64,000 nucleotides of DNA, taken from positions 1,304,001-1,368,000 of the forward strand of contig OZ249436.1 in assembly GCA_965235115.1 (NCBI GenBank). The letters run 5' to 3'. The position numbers and the translations under genes were made by a program. Each line of letters starts with the position of its first letter. Position 1 is the stretch's first letter. This document shows, in pieces, positions 1 through 13,836 of the stretch. This DNA comes from Laetmonice hystrix. Taxonomy: Eukaryota. The notes beneath the pieces were generated by a model. The model saw nothing but the letters and a program-made list of their open reading frames with translations, ran no database searches and was not told the origin of the DNA.

Positions 1-2648
1 CCCGCGACCTCAGGGTATCCCACTTCGTTATCCCGTACAGTGGTCTAATGTTCCTACCCGCGACCTCAGAGTATCCCACTTCGTTATCCCTTACAGTGGT
101 CTAATGTTCCTAACCGCGACCTCAGGGTATCCCACTTCGTTATCCCCTACAGTGGTCTAATGTTCCTACCCGCGACCTCAGGGTATCCCACTTCGTTATC
201 CCCTACAGTGGTCTAATGTTCCTACCCGCGACCTCAGAGTATCCCACTTCGTTATCCCTTACAGTGGTCTAATGTTCCTAACCGCGACCTCAGGGTATCA
301 CTTCGTTATCCCCTACAGTGGTCTAATGTTCCTACCCGCGACCTCAGGGTATCACTTCGTTATCCCCTACAGTGGTCTAATGTTCCTACCCGCGACCTCA
401 GGGTATCCCACTTCGTTATCCCCTACAGTGGTCTAATGTTCCTACCCGCGACCTCAGAGTATCCCACTTCGTTATCCCCTACAGTGGTCTAATGTTCCTA
501 ACCGCGACCTCAGAGTATCACTTCGTTATCCCTTACAGTGGTCTAATGTTCCTACCCGCGACCTCAGGGTATCACTTCGTTATCCCCTACAGTGGTCTAA
601 TGTTCCTGACCGCGACCTCAGAGTATCCCACTTCGTTATCCCCTACAGTGGTCTAATGTTCCTGACCGCGACCTCAGGGTATCCCACTTCGTTATCCCCT
701 ACAGTGGTCTAATGTTCCTAACCGCGACCTCAGAGTATCACTTCGTTATCCTCTACAGTGGTCTAATGTTCCTACCCGCGACCTCAGGGTATCACTTCGT
801 TATCCCCTACAGTGGTCTAATGTTCCTACCCGCGACCTCAGGGTATCCCACTTCGTTATCCCCTACAGTGGTCTAATGTTCCTGACCGCGACCTCAGGGT
901 ATCCCACTTCGTTATCCCCTACAGCGGTCTAATGTTCCTACCCGCGACCTCAGGGTATCACTTCGTTATCCCCTACAGTGGTCTAATGTTCCTACCCGCG
1001 ACCTCAGGGTATCCCACTTCGTTATCCCCTACAGTGGTCTAATGTTCCTACCCGCGACCTCAGGGTATCCCACTTCGTTATCCCCTACAGTGGTCTAATG
1101 TTCCTACCCGCGACCTCAGGGTATCACTTCGTTATCCCCTACAGTGGTCTAATGTTCCTGACCGCGACCTCAGGGTATCACTTCGTCATCCCCTACAGTG
1201 GTCTAATGTTCCTAACCGCGACCTCAGGGTATCACTTCGTCATCCCCTACAGTGGTCTAATGTTCCTAACCGCGACCTCAGGGTATCACTTCGTCATCCC
1301 CTACAGTGGTCTAATGTTCCTAACCGCGACCTCAGGGTATCCCACTTCGTTATCCCCTACAGTGGTCTAATGTTCCTGACCGCGACCTCAGGGTATCACT
1401 TCGTTATCCTCTACAGTGGTCTAATGTTCCTACCCGCGACCTCAGGGTATCACTTCGTTATCCCCTACAGTGGTCTAATGTTCCTAACCGCGACCTCAGG
1501 GTATCCCACTTCGTTATCCCCTACAGTGGTCTAATGTTCCTGACCGCGACCTCAGGGTATCCCACTTCGTTATCCCCTACAGCGGTCTAATGTTCCTACC
1601 CGCGACCTCAGGGTATCACTTCGTCATCCCCTACAGTGGTCTAATGTTCCTGACCGCGACCTCAGGGTATCACTTCGTTATCCCCTACAGTGGTCTAATG
1701 TTCCTGACCGCGACCTCAGGGTATCACTTCGTCATCCCCTACAGTGGTCTAATGTTCCTAACCGTGACCTCAGGGTATCCCACTTCGTTATCCCGTACAG
1801 TGGTCTAATGTTCCTGACCGCGACCTCAGGGTATCCCACTTCGTTACCCCCTACAGTGGTCTAATGTTCCTAACCGCGACCTCAGAGTATCACTTCGTTA
1901 TCCCCTACAGTGGTCTAATGTTCCTGACCGCGACCTCAGGGTATCACTTCGTCATCCCCTACAGTGGTCTAATGTTCCTACCCGCGACCTCAGAGTATCA
2001 CTTCGTTATCCCCTACAGTGGTCTAATGTTCCTAACCGCGACCTCAGAGTATCACTTCGTTATCCCCTACAGTGGTCTAATGTTCCTAACCGCGACCTCA
2101 GAGTATCACTTCGTTATCCCCTACAGTGGTCTAATGTTCCTACCCGCGACCTCAGGGTATCACTTCGTTATCCCCTACAGTGGTCTAATGTTCCTACCCG
2201 CGACCTCAGGGTATCACTTCGTTATCCCTACAGTGGTCTAATGTTCCTAACCGCGACCTCAAGGTATCACTTCGTTATCCCCTACAGTGGTCTAATGTTC
2301 CTAACCGCGACCTCAGGGTATCACTTCGTTATCCCCTACAGTGGTCTAATATTCCTTCCCGCGACCTCAGGGTATCACTTCGTTATCCCCTACAGTGGTC
2401 TAATGTTCCTACCCGCGACCTCAGGGTATCACTTCGTTATCCCCTACAGTGGTCTAATGTTCCTACCCGCGACCTCAGGGTATCACTTCGTTATCCCCTA
2501 CAGTGGTCTAATGTTCCTACCCGCGACCTCAGGGTATCGCTTCGTTATCCCCTACAGTGGTCTAATGTTTCCTAACCGCGACCTCAGGGTATCACTTCGT
2601 TATCCCCTACAGTGGTCTAATGTTTCCTAACCGCGACCTCAGGGTATC
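1..2648. repeat. Minisatellite, 60/62-bp unit (cagtggtctaatgttcctacccgcgacctcagggtatc[cc]acttcgttatccccta), about 43 copies, runs off the left edge
   Basis: Direct tandem periodicity with a few dimorphic sites; no unique spacers. Confidence 0.98.
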
Positions 2649-2810
2649 GCACCTCTGGACCCGGATCCCCCAGGAACAACATGCATGAAGATTTGTCAGT
2701 TACTTGCTGCATGGCCGGGGTATTCTCCAAGGAGTTCAATCAATGAAGCTGGCCCCCTTGATATGAATCGGGTTTGTGTGGAGGCGTACGCCCCACTTTA
2801 AATAGAAAGT
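2610..2810 (+). mobile_element. Degenerate tRNA-derived SINE whose 5' head is shared with the last array unit
   Basis: A-box-like cagtggtctaa, B-box remnant gacccgg[..]atcccc, body gatttgtcagttacttgctgcatggccggggtattctcc resembling lophotrochozoan SINE bodies recalled from memory, A-rich end. Confidence 0.5.
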
Positions 2811-3120
2811 TGTATTTGTTAATTTGCTTTTAAAATATTTATTCATTTTGAACGTTTCACTTAAATAAATACTGGACTCCAATATCCAAAAGGAGGTTAC
2901 ATGCGAGTTAACCAGAAAAAAATGTGGTTTTTGTTTGGGGGGGGGGGGGGATTAAATCTCTCTATTCCACCGAAACTTGCATAATCAATAATTAGTTTTT
3001 TGAGATTAGTTTTCGTCTCATTGTCACTCAGTTCTGTATTCATACTTCTCTAACGGATGCCTTCCTTTGTGCACAAACCTGTGAAAACCATGCAGCTGCT
3101 CTCTTTATTTACACTAATCC

Positions 3121-3851
3121 TGATTTCAAAGCTTACATATGGCGCATTGAGTGATTCAAAGCTCACATATGGCGCATTGAGTGATTCAAAGCTCACATAT
3201 GGCGCATTCTGAGTGATTCAAAGCTCACATATGGCGCATTGAGTGATTCAAAGCTCACATATGGTGCATTGAGTGATTCAAAGCTCACATATGGTGCATT
3301 CTGAGTGATTCAAAGCTCACATATGGCGCATTGAGTGATTCAAAGCTCACATATGGTGCATTCTGAGTGATTCAAAGCTCACATATGGCGCATTGAGTGA
3401 TTCAAAGCTCACATATGGCGCATTCTAAGTGATTCAAAGCTCACATATGGCGCATTCTGAGTGATTCAAAGCTCACATATGGCGCATTCTGAGTGATTCA
3501 AAGCTCACATATGGCGCATTCTGAGTGATTTCAAAGCTCACATATGGTGCATTCTGAGTGATTCAAAGCTCACATATGGCGCATTCTGAGTGATTCATAG
3601 CTCACATATGGCGCATTCTGAGTGATTTCAAAGCTCACATATGGTGCATTGAGTGATTCAAAGCTCACATATGGCGCATTCTGAGTGATTCAAAGCTCAC
3701 ATATGGCGCATTCTGAGTGATTTCAAAGCTCACATATGGTGCATTCTGAGTGATTCAAAGCTCACATATGGCGCATTCTGAGTGATTCAAAGCTCACATA
3801 TGGCGCATTCTGAGTGATTCATAGCTCACATATGGCGCATTCTAAGTGATT
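3121..3851. repeat. Minisatellite, 31/33-bp unit (tgattcaaagctcacatatggcgcatt[ct]gag), about 22 copies
   Basis: Direct tandem periodicity; starts and ends in tgatt. Confidence 0.98.
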
Positions 3852-4484
3852 AATTTTTCACAAGAAGATTTGATTTGAGACATTAATTCCGCCGGTGACT
3901 TTGACCCACCCGTTAGGTTCCTTGTCCACCTCAACGTGTGGCGGTTGCCAACCTGTTGTTCAGGCGTTGCCCCATAGATACCACCAGAGGGCGTCTTATT
4001 GACGGACGGCCTTTAATACCAAACGGTTTCCTCCGGAATTTTCGACATTTCTGATTGACTCCGGTCCATGTGAGGTCAGTGGGAATCGACCATTGCCCAA
4101 AGGACGGCACGAACCTTGCACGTGTTTGGATAATCCTAGAGCTCCCTACCGGATACCTGAAGTACCCTGAATGGTTGCGATGATAGTCTATCCCGGAAAT
4201 GACTTGCGGCAGTGACCGACACAGCGGAGACCTGTCCTTCGGAACCAATTTACTATGTTCTCAATCACCCGTTATTGTCACTGTCAGAGTTCAGATTGAT
4301 CCTCTACACCCGCATCACCCTCCTATTTTGATAGGCTCTTTCCCCACTAACTTTCAGTTTGATGACTAGCTTTTCAATATTGAAAGCTGGTCATAATCGA
4401 TTACATTGTTTCAATACACAGTCATAATGATGACGTTATTCGGCGTTCTTGATGGATGTTCCCGGGCATTTGTGGAAGACAACG

Positions 4485-6825
4485 TACCTCCATAATACAG
4501 GGACGGGTCCAGGATTAATAATATAGGGACGGGTCCAGGATTAATGATACAGGGACGGGTCCAGGATTAATGGTACAGGGACGGGTCCAGGATTAATGAT
4601 ACAGGGACGGGTCCAGGATTAATGGTACAGGGACGGGTCCAGGATTAATGGTACAGGGACGGGTCCAGGATTAATGATACAGGGACGGGTCCAGGATTAA
4701 TGATACAGGGACGGGTCCAGGATTAATGATACAGGGACGGGTCCAGGATTAATGATACAGGGACGGGTCCAGGATTAATAATATAGGGACGGGTCCAGGA
4801 TTAATAATATAGGGACGGGTCCAGGATTAATAATATAGGGACGGGTCCAGGATTAATGATACAGGGACGGGTCCAGGATTAATGATACAGGGACGGATCC
4901 AGGGTTAATAATACAGGGACGGATCCAGGATTAATGATACAGGACGGGTCCAGGATTAATGATACAGGACGGGTCCAGGATTAATGATACAGGGACGGGT
5001 CCAGGATTAATGATACAGGGACGGGTCCAGGATTAATGATACAGGGACGGATCCAGGATTAATGATACAGGGACGGGTCCAGGATTAATGATACAGGGAC
5101 GGGTCCAGGATTAATGGTACAGGGACGGGTCCAGGATTAATGATACAGGGACGGGTCCAGGATTAATGATACAGGGACGGGTCCAGGATTAATGATACAG
5201 GGACGGGTCCAGGATTAATGATACAGGGACGGGTCTAGGATTAATGATACCGGGACGGGTCCAGGATTAATGATACAGGGACGGGTCCAGGATTAATGAT
5301 ACAGGGACGGGTCCAGGATTAATGATACAGGGACGGGTCCAGGATTAATGATACAGGGACGGGTCCAGGATTAATGATACAGGGACGGGTCCAGGATTAC
5401 CTTCATAATACAGGGACGGGTCCAGGATTAATGGTACAGGGACGGGTCCAGGATTAATGGTACAGGGACGGGTCCAGGATTAATGATACAGGGACGGGTC
5501 CAGGATTAATGATACAGGGACGGGTCCAGGATTAATGATACAGGGACGGGTCCAGGATTAATGATACAGGGACGGGTCCAGGATTAATAATATAGGGACG
5601 GGTCCAGGATTAATAATATAGGGACGGGTCCAGGATTAATAATATAGGGACGGGTCCAGGATTAATGATACAGGGACGGGTCCAGGATTAATGATACAGG
5701 GACGGATCCAGGGTTAATAATACAGGGACGGATCCAGGATTAATGATACAGGACGGGTCCAGGATTAATGATACAGGACGGGTCCAGGATTAATGATACA
5801 GGGACGGGTCCAGGATTAATGATACAGGGACGGGTCCAGGATTAATGATACAGGGACGGATCCAGGATTAATGATACAGGGACGGGTCCAGGATTAATGA
5901 TACAGGGACGGGTCCAGGATTAATGGTACAGGGACGGGTCCAGGATTAATGATACAGGGACGGGTCCAGGATTAATGATACAGGGACGGGTCCAGGATTA
6001 ATGATACAGGGACGGGTCCAGGATTAATGATACAGGGACGGGTCCAGGATTAATAATATAGGGACGGGTCCAGGATTAATAATATAGGGACGGGTCCAGG
6101 ATTAATAATATAGGGACGGGTCCAGGATTAATGATACAGGGACGGGTCCAGGATTAATGATACAGGGACGGGTCCAGGATTAATGATACAGGGACGGGTC
6201 CAGGATTAATAATACAGGAACGGGTCCAGGATTACCTTCATAATACAGGGACGGGTCCAGGATTAATGATACCGGGACGGGTCCAGGATTACCTTCATAA
6301 TACAGGGACGGGTCCAGGATTAATGATACAGGGACGGGTCCAGGATTAATGATATAGGGACGGGTCCAGGATTAATGATACAGGGACGGGTCCAGGATTA
6401 CCTTCATAATACAGGGACGGGTCCAGGATTAATGATACAGGAACGGGTCCAGGATTAATGATACAGAGACGAGTCCAGGATTAATGATACAGGGACGGGT
6501 CCAGGATTAATGATACAGGGACGGGTCCAGGATTAATGATACAGGGACGGGTCCAGGATTAATGATACAGGGACGGGTCCAGGATTAATGATACAGGGAC
6601 GGGTCCAGGATTAATGATACAGGGACGGGTCCAGGATTAATGATATAGGGACGGGTCCAGGATTAATGATACAGGGACGGGTCCAGGATTAATGATACAG
6701 GGACGGGTCCAGGATTAATGATACAGGGACGGGTCCAGGATTAATGATACAGGGACGGGTCCAGGATTAATGATACAGGGACGGGTCTAGGATTACCTTC
6801 ATAATACAGGGACGGGTCAAGGATT
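4485..6825. repeat. Minisatellite, 28-bp unit (cagggacgggtccaggattaatgata core), over 80 copies, with an internal block duplication
   Basis: Tandem periodicity; the rare variant ggatccagggttaataatac occurs at about 4895 and 5705. Confidence 0.97.
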
Positions 6826-6981
6826 TTGGAAATGGGAGGAATTAAAGGAGGAAATGTAGTAAACATGTGTCATATCTGGTCAATTCAGAATCCTATATAT
6901 CGATGGCCACAAAAACTCAACAAAGAGGGTCCTGGTCCCCCTGCCCCCCCCCCCCCCCGACTCGTTACTATTTCTGCCCCT
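6807..6981. mobile_element. Degenerate CAGGGGCGGATCCAGG-type non-autonomous DNA element
   Basis: Starts cagggacgggtcaaggattttggaaatgggagg, has a poly-C tract, ends tttctgcccct; related termini at about 10127, 16935, 26773 and 62035-62049. Confidence 0.45.
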
Positions 6982-7290
6982 AATCTGTGATGATGGTGAT
7001 GTGAGTGTGCTGGCGATATTTCCTAGTGGCCGCCAGATGTCGCTTTGTTTGTATTACACTTTGGCCAGCGGTACGTTCACGTTCACGTTCACGTTCACGT
7101 TTACGTTCAACAGCAATATTTAGGCTCTAAATTTTTGTTTGCGATGTTATTTATGTGCCTTCAAGTTCTGAACTCCATACATTGTCTGCAAGTTGCATCG
7201 GACCACTGGTGTTGGTCTCTAAGGGAAATGGTTCGAGTTGGTTTTAATCAAACTCGCCATTTATTTTGAGAAAAAAACCTTTTAAACGCC

Positions 7291-7530
7291 CACTGAATAC
7301 GTTGAACGCCGTGTTGCCCCGGCCTGTCGTGTACCTCCCCACATCAATTTCCGAAAACTGAATTGTAGGCGCAGCTACAACTCGGCCGCATAGTAAATAA
7401 TATTAGGTGCATTATTTGAAACAGATAAATCATATTTTTAGTGGGATATCAATATATCAGGTTCTATTAGCCTAGGTGAGCGCGGCAGTAGGTTATGAAA
7501 CCGACTTGGGCTGGATATCCGGGGGCGCCA
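7291..7530 (+). repeat. Dispersed repeat, copy 1 (copy 2 at 59148-59388)
   Basis: Colinear similarity including ggccgcatagtaaataatatta, attatttgaaacag, aaccgacttgg and ggatatcc..gggggcgcca. Confidence 0.85.
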
Positions 7531-7743
7531 CACTCTGCGACAAGTATACAGTGGGCAAAGTTGACCACCATAATGTCGCCAGGGCAGACCTTGTGATATG
7601 AGGACCCAGTCGGTTTGACCAGAGCTGTAATGGATTGACCAAGCTTTGGTTGACAACGTCAATCAGCTACTGTCATCCTCTGATCGGATTGAGCTTTAAA
7701 CAAGATTGAGATTACAGCTGATCTAGCTTGGTGTTTTGTTTAA

Positions 7744-8008
7744 AGGTGCTATTCGTGAAAAAAGAAAATCAAAATTTTTCATGGATAACGGCACAAATGG
7801 GGCTCTCTCAGAAGGCCTGTGGAGACCCTGACACGCCCCACCATAGGAAATGGCTCTATCTCGGTGCGCACCGAGATAGGTTTCAAATGCTGCACACAAA
7901 CTAATAGAAGGTTTATCAGGCCAATGGTATCGGTAGGATTTTTTTCTAGTACTGTGTGCACAATGTATGATAGGAGAAATGCCATTCTGTGCGAGACGAA
8001 TAGCACCT
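7744..8008. mobile_element. TTAA-flanked MITE, Kolobok-like
   Basis: Perfect 13-bp TIR aggtgctattcgt / acgaatagcacct with TTAA at 7740-7743 and 8009-8012. Confidence 0.85.
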
Positions 8009-8182
8009 TTAAAGGTTTCAAGCTGCAAGGTTTAAACATTGTATTTTCCGCTCAACGAGAACGTTGAAACAACTTGTATTTATAGCCAACTGAACCTCAC
8101 TATATTTTCAGCCTCGATCAGGGTCATAAGTATACAGCTTCAGTCTATAAATGCTACCCAGAAATACATTCCAGAGATTAAT

Positions 8183-8973
8183 GCACCTCATTGGGTTAGG
8201 GAGGCGCTCATCCTAGATGATAGTGCACGTCATTGAGTTTGGGAGGCGCTAATCCTAGATGATAGTGCACGTTGAGTTTGGGAGGCGCTCATCCAGAGTG
8301 CACGTCATTGAGTTTGGGAGGCGATCATCCTAGATGATAGTGCACGTTGAGTTTCGGAGGCGTTCATCCAGATAATAGTGCACGTTGAGTTTCGGAGGCG
8401 TTCATCCTAGATGATAGTGCCGTTGAGTTTGGGAGGCGCTCATCCTAGATGATAGTGCACGTTGAGTTTGGGAGGCGCTCATCCTAGATGATAGTGCACG
8501 TTGAGTTTGGGAGGCACTCATCCTAGATGATAGTGCACGTTGAGTTTGGGAGGCGCTCATCCAGAGTGCACGTCATTGAGTTTGGGAGGCGATCATCCTA
8601 GATGATAGTGCACGTTGAGTTTGGGAGGCGTTCATCCAGATAATAGTGCACGTTGAGTTTCGGAGGTATTCTTCCTAGATGATAGTGCACGTTGAGTTTG
8701 GGAGGCATTCTTCCTAGATGATAGTGCACGTTGAGTTTGGGAGGCACTCATCCTAGATGATAGTGCACGTTGAGTTTGGGAGGCACTCATCCTAGATGAT
8801 AGTGCACGTTGAGTTTGGGAGGCGCTCATCCTAGATGATAGTGCACGTTGAGTTTGGGAGGCACTCATCCTAGATGATAGTGCACGTTGAGTTTGGGAGG
8901 CGCTCATCCTAGATGATAGTGCACGTTGAGTTTGGGAGGCATTCATCCTAGATGATAGTGCACGTTGAGTTTG
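8183..8973. repeat. Minisatellite, 39-bp unit (gttgagtttgggaggcgctcatcctagatgatagtgcac), about 20 copies
   Basis: Tandem periodicity; gives the 13-aa repeat in ORF 8632..9036. Confidence 0.97.
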
Positions 8974-9446
8974 GAATGCTCCCATCCAGATGCCATAGTT
9001 TGGTGAATCAAACAAGTCACACAGGTTGGTGTGCACGTGTTAGGTTTGTTCAACAAACGAGTAGGTCCCGCTCCTCGTCATACAATGTACAATCAATAAA
9101 GTGTTCGTCGTCAGTGACATTCAACATGTGTTTGGTCATGGAAAAATAGGATGTAGGTTAGAAAGGGTGTAGTGAAATGCATCTTCTTTTCTTTTCTATT
9201 TTTATTTCAGTGACATATATCATACAGGAGATACGTTTTATCCTTGAGTAGTTCCGACATGCAACCCTTTATAAGTCAATATATCAATGTGTTATTGAAC
9301 AGGTAAAATATTTACATGGCGACTCTGCAGGGTGCCCAAATATTAATCTACATATAAGGTTGATAACCAACCGAGACAACAAACTTGGATATTAAACTTT
9401 AACCACAATTTTTGCTTCATCAACATCCGTGTGTGTAGGTACGTGT

Positions 9447-9570
9447 AGCCCAGATACACAGACTAATTTACGGCCGATTTTGAGATACAGCCGATTTTTC
9501 TAGTTTTCCTATGCAGAAAAATCGGCCGTATCTCAAAATCGGCCGTAAATCAGTTCGTTGATCTGGGGCT
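9447..9570. mobile_element. Palindromic MITE, copy 1 (GCCCAGAT termini)
   Basis: Near-complete foldback: atttacggccgattttgagatac ... gtatctcaaaatcggccgtaaat; second copy at 10645-10763. Confidence 0.85.
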
Positions 9571-9590
9571 TTTAGAATGGCTTTGTTTAA

Positions 9591-10022
9591 AGGAGTCGTA
9601 AAATTCATTTTTTTCGATTTATGGCAGTCTTAGAAACATATGATTCGCATACCTTGGACTCCCAGTAACATACAGGATATTTGAGTTGGCCGCGCTCGGG
9701 CGATGATGACGCGTGATCACGTGACTTCCGGGTGTACATGCGGTATTTAGGTCAACACTAGACTAGAGGGAGATTCCCTTCCACACCCGGAAGTCACGTG
9801 ATCACGCGTCATCATCGCCCGACCGCGGCCAACTCAAATATCCTGTGGGCCGCTCGCTAATTCTGAGCTACGTATTTGCGAGAGATTTGGCATATTTTCC
9901 TTACTAAATACTGGTCGCTGGGCCATAACAGTCTCACATGATGTTACTGGGAGTCCAAGGTATGCGAATCATATGTTTCTAAGACTGCCATAAATCGAAA
10001 AAAATGAATTTTACGACTCCCT
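9591..10022. mobile_element. TTAA-flanked foldback MITE, Kolobok-like
   Basis: About 80-bp near-perfect outer inverted repeats (aggagtcgtaaaattc ... gaattttacgactccct), inner about 60-bp inverted pair, TTAA on both sides. Confidence 0.92.
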
Positions 10023-10644
10023 TTAAGTACAACGATATGTAGATCGACTCCACAAAGCCACGGTGAAGTAAAGGTCCTCATAATCTAGCCAAAAGGAGAT
10101 AAGGTTATGGTGTACGATATCTAAAGCAGGGGCGGATGTAGGACCTTTGGAAAGGGGGGATTGTATGGAATAAGTTTTTCGTCCCCTAATCTGTCTGTGG
10201 ATAGTCTCATATACTGATAGTATCTATCTATGTGACAGTTTGCACATATAATGTCACTTGAAGTTACATTGATCCATCCGATGTACACTGGAGTACAACA
10301 GAATGGGACCAACAATCTGAGGCGTCTTCACGTGGCCAGCTTTCTCGTCACTGGTTATACTCCATTGTCATCCCTACACAGGTCTAAAACGAAATATAAT
10401 CAAATCTACCTAAGTGGAACCAACCCCAGCTAAAACTGCACCCGGACATGGAATGAAATTATAGCAGGTACAATGGGTCAGCTGCTGCGATCGTTCAATG
10501 TCGCAGCGACCTGTCGGAAAGGAGTCGCAGTGCCACGTGCCCGACTGACTCAGCGAGTACGGTGCCGGAGATTCTCACTGAAGTGACAGATTTTGTTTGA
10601 TATAGAGGAACGTTCTCATGGACACAAACATGTGATTCATCCAA

Positions 10645-10763
10645 GGCCCAGATACACAGACCGATTTACGGCCGATTTTGAGATACGGCCGATTTTTCTC
10701 TATGGCGATAAATCGGCCGTATCTAAAAATCGGTCGTAAATCGGTCTGTCGTAAATCTGGGCC
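10645..10763. mobile_element. Palindromic MITE, copy 2 (GGCCCAGAT ... ATCTGGGCC)
   Basis: Foldback structure and similarity to 9447-9570. Confidence 0.85.
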
Positions 10764-11372
10764 TTTAGGCGCGTGTGCATGATTTTTCGCAGGGGGGGGT
10801 GGCGACGGTGTGGCGACCAAACCCCCCACATCTGGAGCGCCGAAGGCGTGCGTCAATATTTATAAGCCTATGAAAAATGGGGGCTCTGAGCAGGGAGCTT
10901 CGACTCCGACCCCGACCCCCCCCCCCCCCCCCCCCCCACCAGACACGCACCTGTTTATTATTTATGCTATAACAAGGACGGGACATAACAAGGACAGGAC
11001 CTTAGTTTAGTGTTTCATTGTCCTGTTTGAGCGACAACGCTGGCCTTAGTGCGTGGCGTTAAAATTACGGCAACTTACTTCTACTTACCGCACGACCATG
11101 CAGAAAATCCTTTTTAGGCAAGGTTTTTTTGAGGGGTCTTAAGGATTCAGTAATGTTCGGCCTACCAACGTGACCAATTGTGGTCGTTTTTTACAACCGC
11201 GTACTGATTCGTCAACTTAATTACAATAATTAATCAAGGGTTTAACGCCGAGAGCCAGAAGAGGCCCTGGAGCAACGCTGAAAGCCGGGGCTCCTTCCCA
11301 CCAGACTCACCAAAATAGGTTAAAAGAAGGTCCTTGTCCGGGTCCAGCTCAACCCCCGGGGTAGTTAACTTT

Positions 11373-11487
11373 TTACTTTCTTTCTTTCTTTCCTTCTTTC
11401 TTTCTTTCTTTCTTTCTTTTCTCTCTCTGTCTGTTTCTCTCTCTGTCTTCTCTGTCTGTCTCTCTTTCTCTTTCTCTTTCTCTCTCG

Positions 11488-11583
<96 letters not shown>

Positions 11584-11592
11584 CCCTCTTTC
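11373..11592. repeat. (CTTT)n/(CT)n microsatellite
   Basis: Simple sequence. Confidence 0.99.
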
Positions 11593-12473
11593 TTTGTCTG
11601 TGCTACTAGGGGTTGAAACAAAATTACGACTTAATTTTAAGCGAGATGGTACTTGAGCCTGGAGGAATCAGGGCAAACTCTGCCTTGGTCGGTTAAGGTT
11701 TTACCAAACAAGACTTCGTGATCCGGCACACGAGCCGACCTTGTGGACTCGATAAAAGCTTTTCTCTGTGTGAATCAATTGGATTCTACGTCAGCGAACC
11801 GTGGTTCGGTGCTTACCATTACAGACCCTTGTCCATGACCCAGCAAGCCAACGTCCAGCGTCCCAAGTAAATTATTGAAGACACCGTTCTCCCTTACGGC
11901 GTCACTTCCGGTCTTGACCGGCGCCTAAGCAGGGGGCGCCACCAGAGGTATCAGATTGAACGCGGGCGGCCAGAGTCGAAGCCGGGACAAATATTTGCTC
12001 CACCTTGCTAGTCCCTGAAGTACTCTGAACCAGGCTGCAAACTTCCTCGCTTTTACCGATCAATGTTACCCGGATGTACGATGGCATGACACTCGCGTCT
12101 GAGAGAGATGATAATGGCAGGCGGTGCATGTCAACAGGCACCTGTTTGCGGATCTCATGTCAATAGACATTGTAATAATTTGTAAATTTATCTGTTAACT
12201 CGTGAGATGGTCCCTGTGTCATGAGCTTCGACTCTACAGGTACCTGACAGTATAGTACGAGAGCATCTAATTGCCGTTTCTTCGATTTGACCATGATCTC
12301 ATTGTCTCGCCATATTATGCCAGAACATCTCTAGGACGTCTGCACATCTCAGTGATATCGGCAATCCGTGGGGGGGATCGGTGACACCTGACATGGGCCG
12401 ATAAAACGTAGGGTGGTATAGCCCCCCCACACACACCCGGGTCGTGTAAAGAGGTTATATATGTTTAAACTGC

Positions 12474-13232
12474 TTACATGTCGTCTAAAGACGTTAAGAG
12501 GTTACATGTCGTCTAAAGAGGTAACATGTGGTCTAAAGAGGTTACATGTGGTCTAAAGAGGTAACATGTGGTCTAAAGAGGTAACATGTCGTCTAACGAG
12601 GTTAGATATCGTCTAAAGACGTTAAGAGGTTACATGTGGTCTAAAGAGGTAACATGTGGTCTAAAGAGGTAACATGTGGTCTAAAGAGGTTACATGTGGT
12701 CTAAAGAGGTTAGATATCGTCTAAAGAGGTTACATGTGGTCTAAAGAGGTTACATGTGGTCTAAAGAGGTTAGATATCGTCTAAAGAGGTTACATGTGGT
12801 CTAAAGAGGTTGCATGTCGTCTAAGGAGGTTAGATGTGGTCTAAAGAGGTTACATGTGGTCTAAAGAGGTTACATGTGGTCTAAAGAGGTTACATGTGGT
12901 CTAAAGAGGTTACATGTGGTCTAAAGACGTTACATGTGGTCTAAAGACGTTACATGTGGTCTGAAAAGGTTACATGTCGTCTAAAGAGGTTACATGTGGT
13001 CTAAAGAGGTTACATGTGGTCTAAAGAGGTTACATGTGGTCTAAAGAGGCTACATGTGGTCTAAAGAGGTAACATGTGGTCTAAAGAGGTTACATGTGGT
13101 CTAAAGAGGTTACATGTGGTCTAAAGAGGTTGCATGTCGTCTAAAGAGGTTACTTGTCATAGATCTAAGAGGTTACATGTCGTATAAAGAGGTTACTTGT
13201 CATCTAAAGAGGTTACATGTCATCTAAAGAGG
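12474..13232. repeat. Minisatellite, 20-bp unit (gaggttacatgtggtctaaa), about 37 copies
   Basis: Tandem periodicity. Confidence 0.98.
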
Positions 13233-13836
13233 TACAAATGTATGTTGTCTAACGGGATTACTGAACTTACACATACTAGACAAACGTTTAGTCCGATAAT
13301 GTGTAATCCTGGGTTTTTTTTGGTGTTTCTGAATACGATTAGAGAAAAACTACCTCCGGGATGTCATGGTGTCCTCATCATTGCAGACGAATAGCTTTTG
13401 AAGTTAACTAGGTAATCTCGTATACAAGACGCGCAGACGATAACCTGATCCGATGGCACGTTGACGACATACGTGACACGGTCGTATTTTACGAGCATTC
13501 TTGGAGTGGAATTAGTTTTTCCTTTATTTTTTTTATCTTCTCTTCGCAAAGACGTGAGGAGATGTGACGCCTCAAAGAGTGAAATTACTCATCGAATTCA
13601 ATGACAAAGTCAGGTTCCAAGGTCACGTAGGAATTCTTTGTCAAGTGTTGAAGGAATCAACGGCTGATTTATGACCTACTTACCGTGTTTTCTATGAGAA
13701 TCCAAGTCCAGATACGGCCTCAGGCATGATCGTTACCCCATATATCAACCCACAGGAGTTCCCTGAGGGGTTCCTTAAACAATATTCCCGAGAATAGCTA
13801 TACGCCGGGTTGGCCTGCGTATGTGACACGTCTTAA

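Noticed and set aside
1098..2630. 20-aa repeat ORFs
   Set aside because: Runs of the 60-bp variant, broken by 62-bp units
11334..11621. SL/RE/K/F low-complexity ORFs (also 32412-32768, 33673-34132, 58316-58639)
   Set aside because: Translations of microsatellites
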